Shown here: positions 34,475 to 48,220 of the stretch, one piece after another
Layout: the number at the start of each line of letters is the position of its first letter
How positions within the stretch are numbered: the first letter of the stretch is position 1
Source of the DNA: Takakia lepidozioides
Taxonomy: Eukaryota; Plantae; Bryophyta
NCBI GenBank assembly: GCA_030704615.1
Contig: CM060731.1
Location: 47,430,001 to 47,494,000 of the forward strand
Reading direction: 5' to 3'
DNA: 64,000 bases
The notes under the pieces: generated by a model
Database searches by the model: none
Told to the model about the DNA's origin: nothing
The model's input: the letters and a program-made list of their open reading frames with translations, nothing else
Translations under genes and position numbers: made by a program

Positions 34475-37400
34475 TTAAACAGGATGTGTAATTAAGTGTG
34501 ACACCTTGCAATCTTCTGGAAGTTCAGCTGAAGTAGTCCTCGTTATGCGGTGCTGTTGCAAGCTGATAAGCCGCGAATATGCACCGTTGGGTCTCACAAC
34601 AAGCTCTTGATGCATGCCTTGTTCGATGATGGCACCGTCCTGGATCACGGCTATGCTATTGGCATTGCGAATAGTTGAGAGCCTGTGTGCAACTATCACT
34701 GATGTGCGCCCCTTCAATCATAAGAAGATGTGCAATTCAGGCCCAAAATCCCCAAAAACATGTTTGCAAGTGCAAATATATCCTAGCTGGATGTCAGGCT
34801 AGTCTCTTTTTTTCTTTCTTTCTTCTGCTTTGCAAACTCATCCAAAAGATTTTCTTTGAAAGACGCATTTCAGAGGCATGACCATACAATTGATACAATC
34901 CAACTTCAGCATGCAAGTCAAGCACAGGGATATATAGGCACACATAGTTTGACCCCTAGCCGAACACCATACCTTCATTAGCCTGTCCAAGGCTTCTTGC
35001 ACAATCTTTTCCGACTCAGCATCAAGCGCACTGGTGGCCTCATCCAGCAGCAATATTGCTGGATTCTTCAAGACTGCTCGTGCAATAGCCACCCGCTGTT
35101 TCTGGCCACCAGAGAGCTGAAGCCCTCGTTCCCCAACTTGAGTTTTGTACCCATCTGGCAGGGCAGAGATATAATTGTGTGCATTAGCAGCTTTGGCTGC
35201 CTCAATAATCTCAGCCTCAGATGCCCCTTCCCTCCCATAGAGAATGTTGTCGTAAATGGTGGTGGCAAACAAGGCAGGTTCCTGCTGCACAAGCCCAATG
35301 TGTAGCCGAAGACTTTTCAGATTCAATTTCCTCACGTCCGTCCCATCGATCAGGACTTGGCCAGAGATGGGGTCATAAAACCTCTCGATCAGTGAAATCA
35401 CTGAGCTCTTTCCTGACCCGCTTGAGCCTACAAGAGCCAGGCTTTTTCCAGCACGCACCTTCAGATTCAAGTCCTTGAAAATGGGAAGCTTTGGCCGCGA
35501 TGCGTAGGTGAACATAACATGCTTCAGCTCAATATCTCCCCTCACAGACTGTAAATTCTCGCCAAGAAAGTCATCGCTATCTATCTCTGTATGCCGGTCA
35601 AGCACCTCAAACACTCCAGCCAGGGCCTGACCTCCTTTCACACAGTCTGGAGCACCAGAAAGCGCCTCGGCAATAGCAATGGCAGCAACAGATAGAAGTA
35701 GGAACACTTGGATGACGTTTGAAAATTTTGTAAGATTATCTTTCACCAACTGGGCTCCATACCATAGAGCCAATGCGTAGGACCCATACATAGCTAGCTG
35801 TGAGAGCCCGTACCCAAGACCTGCCACCTGGTAAAGCAAATTCTTCCTTAGAGGCTTCTGCTGGTAATAGAAAAGAAATTGCATAAAGGATTGCCCCAGC
35901 GCTAGCAATCCTCATGAATGTCCTTCATTCCCTGGTATCTACTACATCATCTGAGGTAAGCCTGCCCATGAGAGAAAGAGAGAGGGCTATTTCAACAAAG
36001 TGAGGGAAATAACAAGGTTGAAAGAGTCATGAATTAATACCTGGCCTCGCCAAAAGCTCCTGTTCATGGAGCCCTCCATCTCGTGGACAAAGAGGCGTAG
36101 GACTTTCTTCTCAGCATTGAAGGCTGCCACTGTCCGGATATTACTTACCGCGTCCCCAGCAACCATGTTTGCTCTGGCCTGAGCCTTGGCTATGTCTCCT
36201 GCAAACCCCTTCAAAAATATTTGCTGCACAGCAGGCCCGGCATGACAAAACAATCTTTGAGTGTCGAGATCAAACTGCCAAAAATTTAAAGAAGGCCAAA
36301 AAAAATCTCAGGAAGGGGAGTAAGAGGAGAGAAAATGAAGAGACGAGAAATGAAATGAAATGAAATGGTACTTTATAACGTCCGCGGAAAGCTCATAGAG
36401 CTTATGGGACAAAATGGAAACATGAGAGAGGAACAAGTCCAGAAACCACAATTAATGTTCTAGCGAATGTCGAAGGGTGAAGGCCTCGTGCAGGTAGGGG
36501 GCCAAGCATTTTTGATCCTCATAGTGGAAGACATCAGTGAGAGTTTGGGTTCCACTGAATAAACAGTGGAATCTCCCACGGATCTCGTAGTATAGAGGGC
36601 AGTAGAAGAAGAAGTGTTCTTCAGTTTCGATTTCCTGGCTGCGCCCTATGCAAGCTGGACATAGGCGGTCCTCCCGTTGCAGGTTTTCCCATCTGCCAGT
36701 CTCTATCCGTAGGTTGTGGGAACCCACCCTGAACCGCCCCAATGCCCTCAGGAGGGAAGGAGATAAGGATGCTGAAAGGTAATTTGGTCTCAAGATTCTA
36801 TTGTCGCGGAGCACCAAGAATGTCTCTCGATAGAAGTGGAGCTTTGTTGGGTAGCTTCCAAGTTCTCTGGACATGTAATTCCATAAGCTCTCTCCTAACG
36901 AGTCTGTTGCGGTCATGTCTGGACGTGATGTCCACCTCATCTGGATTCATTGGTAATAGGAAAGCAGTAGAAAGTCCGTTACGTTGAAATAAAACTGTCC
37001 ACTCGAGCATACCAGGAGTTCCTGAAACCTGCAGCTTTGAGCCTCATAGATGTTCGAGAAAGAAAGTTCAACTTCATAACCTGGGGGGGGGACCAAGTAG
37101 AACAATGTTCATGAGAAGACGTATATTACATTGATAATACATTTTTGGGCCACAAAAGGCACCTGGTAGACTTTACAAGAGGACACACAAGATGTATCAG
37201 AAAGCCTCTATCCCAGTCAGAGACTTTCTTCATTCAGGCAAGCTGCCCAGAGTCTCTGGTCTCCATAGCTAATTACCTCTGCCAAGGATGAGAAATGAAA
37301 TGAAATGGTGCTTTATATAATGTCCGCGAAAAGCTCATAGAGCTTATGGGACAAAATGGAAAGAAAAACATGAGAGAAAACAGGAAATCAGAGTCAGAGA

Positions 37401-40400
37401 AAAGAACTATTGTTCGAGTGATTGTCTAAGGGTGAATGACTCGTGCAGGTAGGCTGCCATTTCTGATCTTCATAGTGGAAGACTTCAGTGAGAGATTGGG
37501 TTCCACGGAACAGACAATGGAATCTCCCACGGATCTCATAGTATAGAGGGCAATAGAAGAAGAAGTGTTCTTCAGTTCCAATTTCCTGGTTGCGCCCTGT
37601 GCAAGCTGGACAGAGGCGGTCCTCCCGCTGCAGGTTTTCCCATCTGCCAGTCTCTATCTGTAGGTTGTGGGAGCCCACCCTGAACCGCCCCAAAGCCCTC
37701 AGGAGATAAGGAGATAAAGAGGCCGAAAGGTAATTGGGCCGCAAGATTCTATCATCTCGGAGAACCAAGAATATTTCTCGATAGAAATGGAGCTTTGTCG
37801 TGAGGTTGGGTAACTTCCAAGTTCTCCTGACATGTAGCTCCATGAGCTCCTTTCTAATTAGCTGGTTGCGGTCATGCTTGGATGTGATGTCCACCTCTTC
37901 TGGGTTCACTGGCAATAGTGAAGCAATAGAGAGTCAGATGAGAGAAAGGAGACATTTGAAGGAAGAGAAATGAAATGAAATGAAATGAAATGAAATGGTA
38001 CTTTATAACGTCCACGGAAAGCTCATAGAGAGAAATTCACCTCAGCAAGAGACGCACAGACGAGCAGCGGGGAACAGGCCAAGATAACAGAAGCTATACG
38101 CCACTCTACTGCAAAGGATATTCCAATCGATCCAATCAATACTACAGAATTTTGGACCAGCAAAGATAGGCGGTCCCCAATTGCACTCCTGACCGTCGTT
38201 GCATTGGCTGACAGGCGGGATGCCACCTGACCGCTGTTGTTCCCCTCAACATCAAACCAACTCACCTCATTCCTCAGAATACCTGGAAGGCAGACGAACA
38301 TGTGTGTGTGTGAGAGAGAGAGAGAGCGTACCAGAAGTCTTACAAGTAGTGTAACTGCAAATGGAGCACAAACCTAGATAGACCAGATTAGGGTATAAGA
38401 ACTACTATGACAAACTATATGGAGGAGCTTGGAAGATTGAGTTATTACATCCTTAGCTACAGCACCGAAAAATGCAACAACCATTGTGCAGAACACTAGC
38501 AGTCACTAGCAGTGGTGGGAGTCAAACCTGCAAACATCAGTTCACGGATGCGCTTCACCAGATTCTCCCCCATGACGCCAAAGAAATAGTGTTGGGCAGT
38601 GTTGCCAAGTAGACCCATGACCCCAAACACTAGAAGGATAATAGCATATGTGCTGATCTCTTTCTTCATTTTACCATGGTCTGGAAGGTGGTAAGCTGGC
38701 AACACGAGGCCTACCACTAGTCCGAATCCTGGGTGCAGGCAACCTGTGATAATGGATGCAATTGCACCAATGAGCGCAAGAGGCCACTCAGCCTGGTTCA
38801 GCTTCAACAAACGTCGTACAGATCCAGCAGGCACAGGGTGTGCTACATCTTTATCTTTTGTCAAGGTCTCTGAGGCATCTGATGCGATACTGAATTGACT
38901 CCTGCCTGGATTTAAAGGGCTTGAGAGCCTGTGGAGCACGACAAACCATGAAAGGGTGATGGATGCCTGGTCTGTAATGAACACTTACCATATTCAAAGA
39001 GCAGAAGGGGGCAGAAGAGGGATTATTCTGGCTACAGTGTGCCTACCTTTGCAACGTGGCTTTACAACAGTGCCTTCCTGTCACATCCTCAAAGTTCCCA
39101 TCAACTCTGACATGAACATTACCAGAGTACCTAGATATCATTAGCAAAAACATCCCAGTATCTTGCCATGCAGACTGGGCAGATCATGATTCAACATATA
39201 GATCTGAGGTGCTATGCATGTAGGCACCAAACAAGGCCCTCACAATTGATCAGCAAGAACATTGCGTTCAACTAAACACTCGACAATTACGTTGGTCCCT
39301 CAACTTCTCACTGAAACTAGAGGTAATTTGGTTTCAACTTTCCACCCACCCACTCACCCATCCGGACTAGAGGAAAGCTGAAGGTAAGAATTAGACTCTG
39401 ACGTATTACGGGGCCGTTTCAAGGGGGATGATATCATAGATTTTTTTGTGATCTTGTGTGGATCAGTCAAATCCTGTCTTTGGGATGACAGCAGTAACCT
39501 CTCTGTGCCGGCCAACCCAACGGTCTGCTGCACTAAGCTTTTGAAGTCCTATGGATGGCATGAACCGTAACTTGATATTATGATGCGCAATACTGAAAGT
39601 TCAGTACATTGTCTAAAATGAAAGCTGCACTTGGCTAAAAAAGAGAGTTTGGGTTCCTTTAGGCTCCATGTTTGTCTTCCATGAGGATCTTAGGCCTGTG
39701 TTCATATTCCCTCTGTCGTTACCATGTCGAGTAGGGGGTTGGTGTACTGTGGTGGCTTCCGTGAACGAACCCACCGAACCTATCAACCGAACCTAATACC
39801 AAACCTAAGCCCCACCAATATGAGTCGCTGGTTGCTTCATTTCATGGTGAAGGTGAAGAAGAGAGAGTGGAAGAGAGGAAATGTACTCATAAGACGTTGT
39901 TTGCCGTAGCCTTGTGGCAATTGACCCCGTTCCCAGTTTGAGCGGAACACAAACGGACAGAAACTAACTTTGTCAGGGGCTGATGGCGGTAGTATGACTT
40001 AACTTGGAACAGACAATTGATCCAAGCTTTTCAGATATCCTCTAGAAATCGTCACACAATCATCAATCTGCTGTGTGTGATTTGCCCAATAACTAGGCCC
40101 CAAAATGGCCTGGGCTTTTGGCTCCGCCTCGAGATGTGGAAGAGAGAGAGAGAGAGACCCACAAAAAGAGTACAAGCAGAAAAAAGCTGTATCCCACCTC
40201 ATTAATGACGCGCTGGCAAGCGTGGGTTCCTTCCCTTGTGACATAGCCATTTCTTGCAGCCTCACTAGGGCTGAATATGCACCTCTCTGCCCCTTGGCCA
40301 AGAGCTGCTCATGGTTCCCTATCTCCACAATTACACCATCCTGGACAACAGCAATCGTATCAGCCTTCCTTATGGTAGAGAGCCTGTGGGCCACAATGAC

Positions 40401-43400
40401 AGTCGTTCGCCCAACCATTGTACGATCCAGAGCTTCCTGTACAATCTGTTCTGAGCTGGCATCAAGTGCGCTGGTGGCTTCGTCAAGGAGAAGTATTGTC
40501 GGGTTCTTAAGAATTGCACGAGCAAGGGCTATCCGCTGTTTCTGGCCACCCGACATTTGAACACCGTGCTCACCTACCTGCCACATGGTCAGATGTCACT
40601 GTGACTTGATTGACATGGTCAGATTTCCCCACAAACTGGTAGTGTCCAGGGGTTGTGTAAAAGAGCTTGTTCTCTGCCATACTGGAGTTACGAGCTAGCA
40701 ACTGGGATAGAGCTTTCTTACTACGCCCACCTGCTCTGTAAAGTCTCCCAGTGGCAGGTGTTCAACTGTGCATGCAAGGTGTAAGGAGGAGGAAGGAAGG
40801 ACCCGGAGAGGGTTGCTTGTGCAGAAGCTAAAATTTCCTTCTTCACTTATGGAAGTCAGGTGAGGCAAACTCGCCCAGTGGGCTCTTGCCCTTGCTAATG
40901 TCCTCATACCAATAACTCAAGTCCTGAGCTGAATGCCTCTGCCCTTCATAGATAATTCAAGGGTAATATTAGAAATATATGTGCAGCTTCCCCGCATGGA
41001 GGGCAGAGCTCTCAATCTCTTGACCTGTCCCTCTCTGTATCTGTCTCTAACTAGACACTGTTAACTCCACATGCCCTAATTTCCTCCAAAGAATGTGACA
41101 TTTTCTCAGATCTGGAAAGGAAAAATGACTTCCTTTCACGCATAAATCCACTGTTGGAGCAAGCCTGCCTCAATGGAACTGCTCACATACTCCGTCCCAC
41201 CCCTTGCCTTCCAAACAGGGCATGGCGTGTATGGCCTAGTTGTAAATGGTCTCATCCCTCCACCCTTTTTTTTCTCTCTGAGAGTATGGTATGCACTTGG
41301 ACACTGGAAAAAATTGACTTGATCGAGAATAACCAACTTTATTAATTTAGCCTCAAAATGATGTTGATTGTGACCACTGCCCCTTTAGTTGTCACCCTCC
41401 CCACCCTCACAGTTTTATCTTTACATTGGGTTGAAATTGTGGTGTTCAGCATCGGTGTCAAATCTGGCTTCTTTGGTTTTACCCATAAATCACACTTGAC
41501 CAAAAAGTCAAGCGATCAGGAATGACCTTCAGTTCAACGTGGACCTTCATATGCCAAGAAGAAAAAGTGAAAGAACCTGAGTGTTGTAGCCCCATGGAAG
41601 CGTGGTAATAAAGGCGTGGGCATTGGCTCCCTTAGAAGCCTCTTCTATCTCCTTATCAGTGCCCTGTTCTTTGCCATATAGAATGTTCTCCTTGATGCTG
41701 GTAGCGAAAAGTGCAGGCTCCTGATTGACTAGCCCAATTTGGCCACGAAGCCACTTCAGCTGCAGTGATTTTATGTTCTGACCATCCAGCAGCACCTCTC
41801 CTGACAAACCACAAAAATAACTCTCGCCTTGAGAGAGCCATTCTCATGTACATTAAAAGGCAAGACTAACTGCCCTGCTGACCAACCAGTGGTGGAGGGA
41901 AGAGAAATGTGACCAGAGGTACATACACTCTGGAGCTCTACATCCTTTTGGACATCAAGGAGTACATTGCAATGTACATCTCTATCCTCCAGAAGCCTAC
42001 CTGATTTGGGGTCATAGAATCGCTCAATAAGAGAAATGACAGTGCTCTTGCCCGAGCCGCTGCCACCCACGATGGCCAGAGTCTTGCCAGCAGGGATGCT
42101 CAGAGAGAAGTCTCTAAAAATGAGCACATTGGGCCTGGATGGATAGCTAAACTCCACATTGCAAAACTCAATATGGCCCTGCACTTCCTTTGGCTGCTTG
42201 CCTGCCTTATTACTCTTGATGTTGATGGTGGGTTCATGGTTGATAATTTCAAAGATCTTGTAAGCCGCTGCTTTTGCCTTCCCAAATGCTGCCAGGTTCG
42301 GTGATGCTTGTCCTAGTGCACTGTGCACACCCATGGATACAATCACAGCAGACCTGATGTTAACTCACATAGACAGGATTGGTTGGAATACCTAGTGGGA
42401 AGCCTTCTCTTTGCCAGCCAGGCACATGGTGGGAGAGAGAAAGGGAGGGAGACAACATACATGCCACCAATGCTGACTTGAAAGATGGTAGCGAGAGCTT
42501 TTCCACCAGTTGTCGAGCCACTGCGTATTAGCACTCCCCCATACCACAAAAGCAGCGCCCAACAACAGAAAAAAGCAACCGACACCAACCCCATGCCGAG
42601 CCCCTTGGCCAGCCCCGTCTTATACCCCAGCTTCAATGTTGACTGAAGGGCTCTCGAGTATGTTTCCAGCTCCTTCGCCTCGCCAACGAAGGAATACACT
42701 GTGCGCACCTGTGCTATTGCCTGCTCCATGGATCCACAGACACCAGTTGTTGAGTCACACGTACAATTCCTGGAGTTTTGAGTTGTTAATTCTCTCATTT
42801 CTCTCCACCAAACCCCCCCTTTCCTTCCTGCCAAGCACCGTCCCTCTCCCCTCACACCCAGTGCTTAGACAGATGCTAAAGCACAGAATAAGTAGGCAAT
42901 CCCGGCCTGCGAATTGAATTGTGCAGAGTTCAAATTGGGAATAGCAACGTAAACTGACCTGTTCTGCGATGCCACCTGCCTCAGCATATGCCTTCTGGCT
43001 CCTGGAGGTAAGACTTGTGATAACAAGGACCTGCATCCCCCCTGTAATAGCAATCACAGGGACCACTGCCAGAGTGACCAGCCCAAGATTCCAGAGTGAT
43101 GAAAAACCAATAGCCAAACCCGCCACAAATGTGGCCATGTAGTGGACGAAGTTTCCCATCTGCAGAGATTACCCACAGAGTCAAAGTGATTTTTCCATGA
43201 AATCCCACCCGCACCAAACCCACATGGGATTTCCAAAGCCAGTGACCCAGCGCCACAAGGATGCTCGACTCTTTATGCATATTACATACATAGACCATCA
43301 ACCAGAAGTTATGTCACTCAATGACATGATTTGGGATATCAGCACGGAATGAAGTGTCAACTTGCGCATCAAAATAGTCTGCAGTTTAAAATACCTTCTC

Positions 43401-45568
43401 GCCGATGGCATCTTGCACCAGGAGGGTGTCACTTGATATGCTGCTAACTATGTCTCCAGTTCTCGCATCTGTGTCAAAGTACCCCACATCTTGCCTGAGC
43501 ATTGCCTGTAAGTAGTTCAGACGCATCCGAGCCCCCTGGCGCTCGCCTGTCTGCATCCAACAGGACACCTCTGCTACCAAAGCCACGATGAGACAGAGAG
43601 AGAGAGAGAGAGAGAGAGGCAGAGATGTGCTCAATGACCAATCCCACCCAAAGTTAATTGCAGGAACTTGACTTGCAACTACAGGCAGAGGAAAGAATCC
43701 AGCTCCCTACAAAGAGTATAAAATTAATGTGTCTAACATCAAACAGATCATGACCAGCAATGCAGGAAAACCAATACAGAAGAGAGAAATAACCAGCAGA
43801 GAGTATTTGGATATACCTGCCCAAGACATAATACACGTCACCATGCCCAAGTAGAGAAGGTATAGTGCATTCTGTACCCAGCCATCCCCCGTAGAAAAAT
43901 CCGACAGCCTTATTAGATATCATCCTAACAAGAGCACCAGGTCAGAAGGGACACAGAGAAGGGGGTGGGGGGGGAAGTGCCAGCACAATCCACCTAGTTG
44001 ATCCAGACCCAGAAATTTGTAAAGTGGATGACAATCAGATGCCCTTTGACACCTTGTGCCGATAAAAACGTTTTGACTAACAAGAAACATTTCCTAGAGA
44101 CAACCAACTCTCCTTCTCAGCTCTGCCCTCTATCAACATGAGTTAACTTTACAGCAGAGGTCTCTGTTGGCTTTCTAAGATTGAAGCTCCTAGGTAATCA
44201 GTCTCAACCGCAGCAATGCCTGGCTGGTGGGCTATCCAAATGGGCCTGCAGTAAGTTCATACGGATATGGAAGTCGCCCCCACAAATTAAGATTTTGTCT
44301 ACAAAGCTGAGGCTTGAGTGCTGCACAGGACAACTAAGATGAGGTCTCCTGCAAAGGGACATTCCTTGGACAGAAATGAAAGGAGCATCCCTTGTAGCAT
44401 AACTTCTATATCCACAGTGTATGTAATAACTCCAATGATTATGCTCATGTAATTCAAATTCTATACAAGGTGCAAATTACAACCATGATCACAACTGTAC
44501 TTTCCAAGTGTGAAACTTGCTGCATTACTTAAGCCATGCCCTATACACTGTTGCATTCGTAAGGAGTCAAAACCCTTCAAAACAAGTACCCTATTGCCGG
44601 CCTATTATTTTTTTAATTTGCATCTAACAATCACTAGTTGCACTTTGAATACGGAGGGGAATTAATGTTGTCAAACTCTGACCTTGGAAATAAAGGACAG
44701 TTTTATCTCAGCGTTTTATCTCATCGTTCTGGACTCAGAATCGAGGATGTTGGAACCAATCTGTACACAAGGCAGCTACATTTTAACTATTTACTGATGC
44801 AGCTAGCTGCTACGGTGGACATATTGCCTACGGTAAGGGTACGATTGAAAGCTTGTTGACGTGCAAGATTGTGCGACATGTGATCATGAAACCAAACTAA
44901 GTGCATGTAGATTTCAGCCAGGATTTCTTAGTATTAGAGATCCGTCAATATACATAGTCTCGAAGTATAATCACCATTACAACAACACTGAAGTCATTAC
45001 TCTGATAGTAGCATTTGTGCCCTTCTCGAATGGTTGGAAAGGAGTTGACATTTTCAGATACACTAGGGGGATCATGGGGATGGAGGGACGAAGGGAGGGA
45101 GAGAACCTGGTCAACAACATCCTTGGCCTTGGTAGGATTTGTGGCATTGCCACCAAAGCCATCAAGCAGCCTCCCAAAGAAGAAGAAAAAGATGGGCAGT
45201 GCTGCTCCATGGGCAAACGCGCCTATGGTCCCAACAGAAAGGAGAAGATAGTCATATGGGTCCGCAAATGCAAAGAGTTTGTATAGGGGAACCGCATGCA
45301 CGGGTTCTGGCTTCTCCTCCGCCTCCTCCACCTTAACTGCAACATGGACCTCTGCAACTGAAGTTTCCTCCACTCCCTCAATCTCCACTGTCCCCACCTT
45401 CCCTCTTCCTTCCTCGAGGGATTCATCATGGGAGTCTTCCCGGTGCAGCTCTTGCTCAGGTCTATCAAGAGGGGTTAAACCCACGTCCAACTGTCCCCCG
45501 CAGTCCAGCTGCTGGGGCTGTCCACCTATCTCCTTCCTAATGTATTCCTCTTCTTCGATCCCACCCAT
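34475..45568 (-). CDS. Full-size ABC transporter subfamily B (MDR/PGP; ABCB1/ABCB19-related)
   Basis: 13 exons: 45568-45107, 43871-43817, 43570-43395, 43159-42959, 42720-42461, 42320-42001, 41800-41577, 40577-40198, 38927-38528, 38282-38041, 36223-36041, 35827-34973, 34711-34475. Two TMDs and two NBDs with Gx[24 protein letters not shown] and VAHRLST. Confidence 0.95.
36347..37054 (-). mobile_element. 5'-truncated LINE (RTE/RTEX-like) with (CATTT)n tail, copy A
   Basis: [35 protein letters not shown] (CCHC). Candidate TSD CGAGAAA. Confidence 0.85.
37292..37936 (-). mobile_element. Same LINE family, copy B
   Basis: Same peptide and 3' end, diverged from copy A. Candidate TSD GATGAGA. Confidence 0.85.
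37967..38030 (-). mobile_element. Same LINE family, copy C (tail plus ~35 nt only)
   Basis: (GAAAT)6-GGTACTTTATAACGTCCACGGAAAGCTCATAGAG on the + strand. Candidate TSD AGAGAAAT. Confidence 0.8.
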
Positions 45569-47699
45569 CCTGCAAGCTCTGAGACCCTGCTGTTCGCAGT
45601 ACAAAGTGTGGTGCGAATTCTTGAGTACTCCGAGTGGCCCATGAAATTCTCTCCGCAGCTCTGCTGGAGAGTGAGATGTGGCGTAAAGACAGACCCAGAC
45701 TCTCGCAGCTGCAGCTCACCCTCGTCGCTCTCCATGTCTCACACACCCTCACCGACGGCTGCCTCGCTCTCTGCTCCCGCGCAGTCGAGACTCGAGACAA
45801 AACAGTTAAGCATCGCACAGTGCCAACATACCGACTTATGGGATCCACCGAGCCTGAGGTTCGGTTAATCTAGACTCTTCCAAACCTCAACGGATTGGGT
45901 TGCGGGGCCACACAGGTATAGCCTGGATTCAATCTTCAATCCTTCACAATATGTAGAGCAGTTTCATTCGCCCGGTTAATTCTAGAGTGGTCCAGGAATT
46001 AGCGTGGTCCAGAAAGAGGGGGCCAATGTATTAAGGCCACTTGTATTATTTAATGAAATGAAGGGTCCAAAAATTAAGGATTGACTTTCTAGCGTGGGCT
46101 TTCTAGATAGTTCTAGATCTAGTTGACTTTCTACATAGTTCCAGTTTCTAGATACTTCTACTATAGGTAGCAATTGAAAGGCCTTATGGGACAGGTGGGC
46201 GGTAGTATTCACTTCTCTTTTATGCTGGTAGGGGAAGGCTTGTGATGTTCGAGATGCAAAGAGCTTCGAAGCACTAATTGATTTGGCTAAGAGCAAGCTT
46301 GGTCATATTGACTGGCATACAGAAGCTGCATTATGATATCTGTAGAGAGAGCAAAAGGCAAACCTGCTAAACGCCAGAAATCTCGTCACGGGTGCTATAG
46401 GTGCTGCATGGATCAGACATGGAATGGCCATGGTATCGGTATGTGTCCTTCTGGAGTACCTAGCAGTATCCCACATGGGATCGCATAAGTAGAAGCATGA
46501 ATCATAGCTCTAGAAGTATCACACTAGACCAAGATTGTGCCCCCTCCTTGTATTTAGTCTAGAACTGATCCAGTGCATGTGTTTTCATGAACTGTTGTTA
46601 TTAATGTCGTGTGAGTGAGGAGGGATTATAGTTTTGTGAGGACGGAAACTAGTGCCCCAGTGTGGTGTTATGGTATTGTTGTGCTTTGTCGGTAACTGCT
46701 CCTGAATGCTTGGATTTCAAGCAGAGCCATGGCTGTGAACTGTGTAGGCCGAGTCCTCCCACCTTTAATAAGATGGAGTGCAATTCACAAATTATGATGA
46801 ATTGAGTGTATCTGTCCTAGATGAAACACAAGTACTAACATACATGTGCATATGTTTTTGTAACCTTGGAGTCTGACGTTTGCCTTGGAAATTTTACCAA
46901 TGTTTTGCAATGGACTGAAGTTATGACATCTGGAATAAATGCCTAGAGGCTTGTCACATCACTCTGCTGAGATAAATTGTAAGCTGAATGTTGTATGTAG
47001 CCTGTATAGTTATTTCTCTCCCTCTGCTCATAATTATGAGGCCAGGAGAATTTACAAGGATTAAATGGAAAGGAAAAGCAAATATCAGAAGATAGAGAGG
47101 ATATCTCAGTACTTTGATTTCATGGAGAGACCTGGGCTTTCCCCTTGGACTAGAACTGTCCCCTATCAACTCCAAATACAAATTCATAATCGATATATGC
47201 CATTCCATAATTCGATAGATGATCTCAACATTGGATGGAGCAAGACTAAGCCTAAATATATTGAAATAGAATGATAAAAAGAACCTTCAAAACTTCCTTT
47301 CCAGCGGAATGTTTGGGCTGAACAAGAGGGAACAGGCACTCCTGTGAGGAGGCACTTCGATCCAGTAGTGTCGAAGTAACAATCTCCCTTTCATCTCTGC
47401 ATCTATTTTTGGTTCGAAGGTAAATTCCTTGCACTAATATTAAATGCAGTCCAGTGCTGATGGAAGGAGAGAGAGAGACACACAGACAGAGAGAGCTCAA
47501 ATCTCCAATTTTGGTTTGTATGATTCCAGAAACTTTGAACAATTGCAGTTTCTACATGTCAGAACAAATATAAAACCCGGTGAAGGTCTGTGGTGCTTAC
47601 CTTAAAGGTGAGAGACTCATCTCTGAACCATAGAATCGCTGCTGATATAGAACCAGCAAAGAAATGTTGATGCTCTCTCCCACTGAGAATGCCAGGGTC

Positions 47700-47971
47700 A
47701 CCACACTGTAAGCTCCGGGCAACAGATGAAGTCAGACCAGTAGTTCGACATGCTCAGGTGATCATGCTCAGGTCATGTCTGTTGAACAGGTTAGGTGTTG
47801 TGCATCATGGCTCCTCCATTTAACATACATGTTGTCAAGGGTGCCATATAGACAAATGTTAGACTTGAATCCACTTTGGATTATGTGACAGTGATCCTGC
47901 TTTCCAGCTTCCAGGCCTTTCATCTTGATGCAATTATACGGACATAAGTATTTGAATCTGCCAAAATGCAT
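47700..47971 (-). pseudogene. Decayed PLS-class PPR gene fragment
   Basis: LEAGKQDHCHIIQSGFKSNICLYGTLDNMYVK resembles the PPR L-S consensus GKQVH..I..SG.ES...V.S.L.DMY.KCG. Confidence 0.65.
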
Positions 47972-47979
47972 GTAAATGA

Positions 47980-48220
47980 CTCCTTGGATTACAGTGTGTA
48001 GAGCCTGTTTTTAGTTGCCTTACATCACAGAGGATACTTGCCCAGAGAAAATGCCTCCTTGGATTACAGTGTGTAGAGTCTGTTTTTAGTTGCCCTACAT
48101 CACAGAGGCTACATGCCCAGAGGTTTCAGAAGAAAATGCCTCCTTGGATTACAGTTGTAGAGCCTGTTTTTAGTTGTCCTACATCACAGAGGACACATGC
48201 CCAGAGGTTTCAGAAGAGGC
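47980..48220. repeat. ~76-85-bp tandem repeat x3
   Basis: CTCCTTGGATTACAGT..TAGAG.CTGTTTTTAGTTG..TACATCACAGAGG unit repeated three times. Confidence 0.9.

Noticed and set aside
46027-46770. Possible solo LTR (TGTATTAAGG...CCTTTAATA)
   Set aside because: No terminal CA and no matching TSD.
47980-48220. Repeat arrays here and at 52130-52430 superficially like CRISPR
   Set aside because: Eukaryotic context, no unique spacers, no cas genes. These are ordinary tandem repeats.
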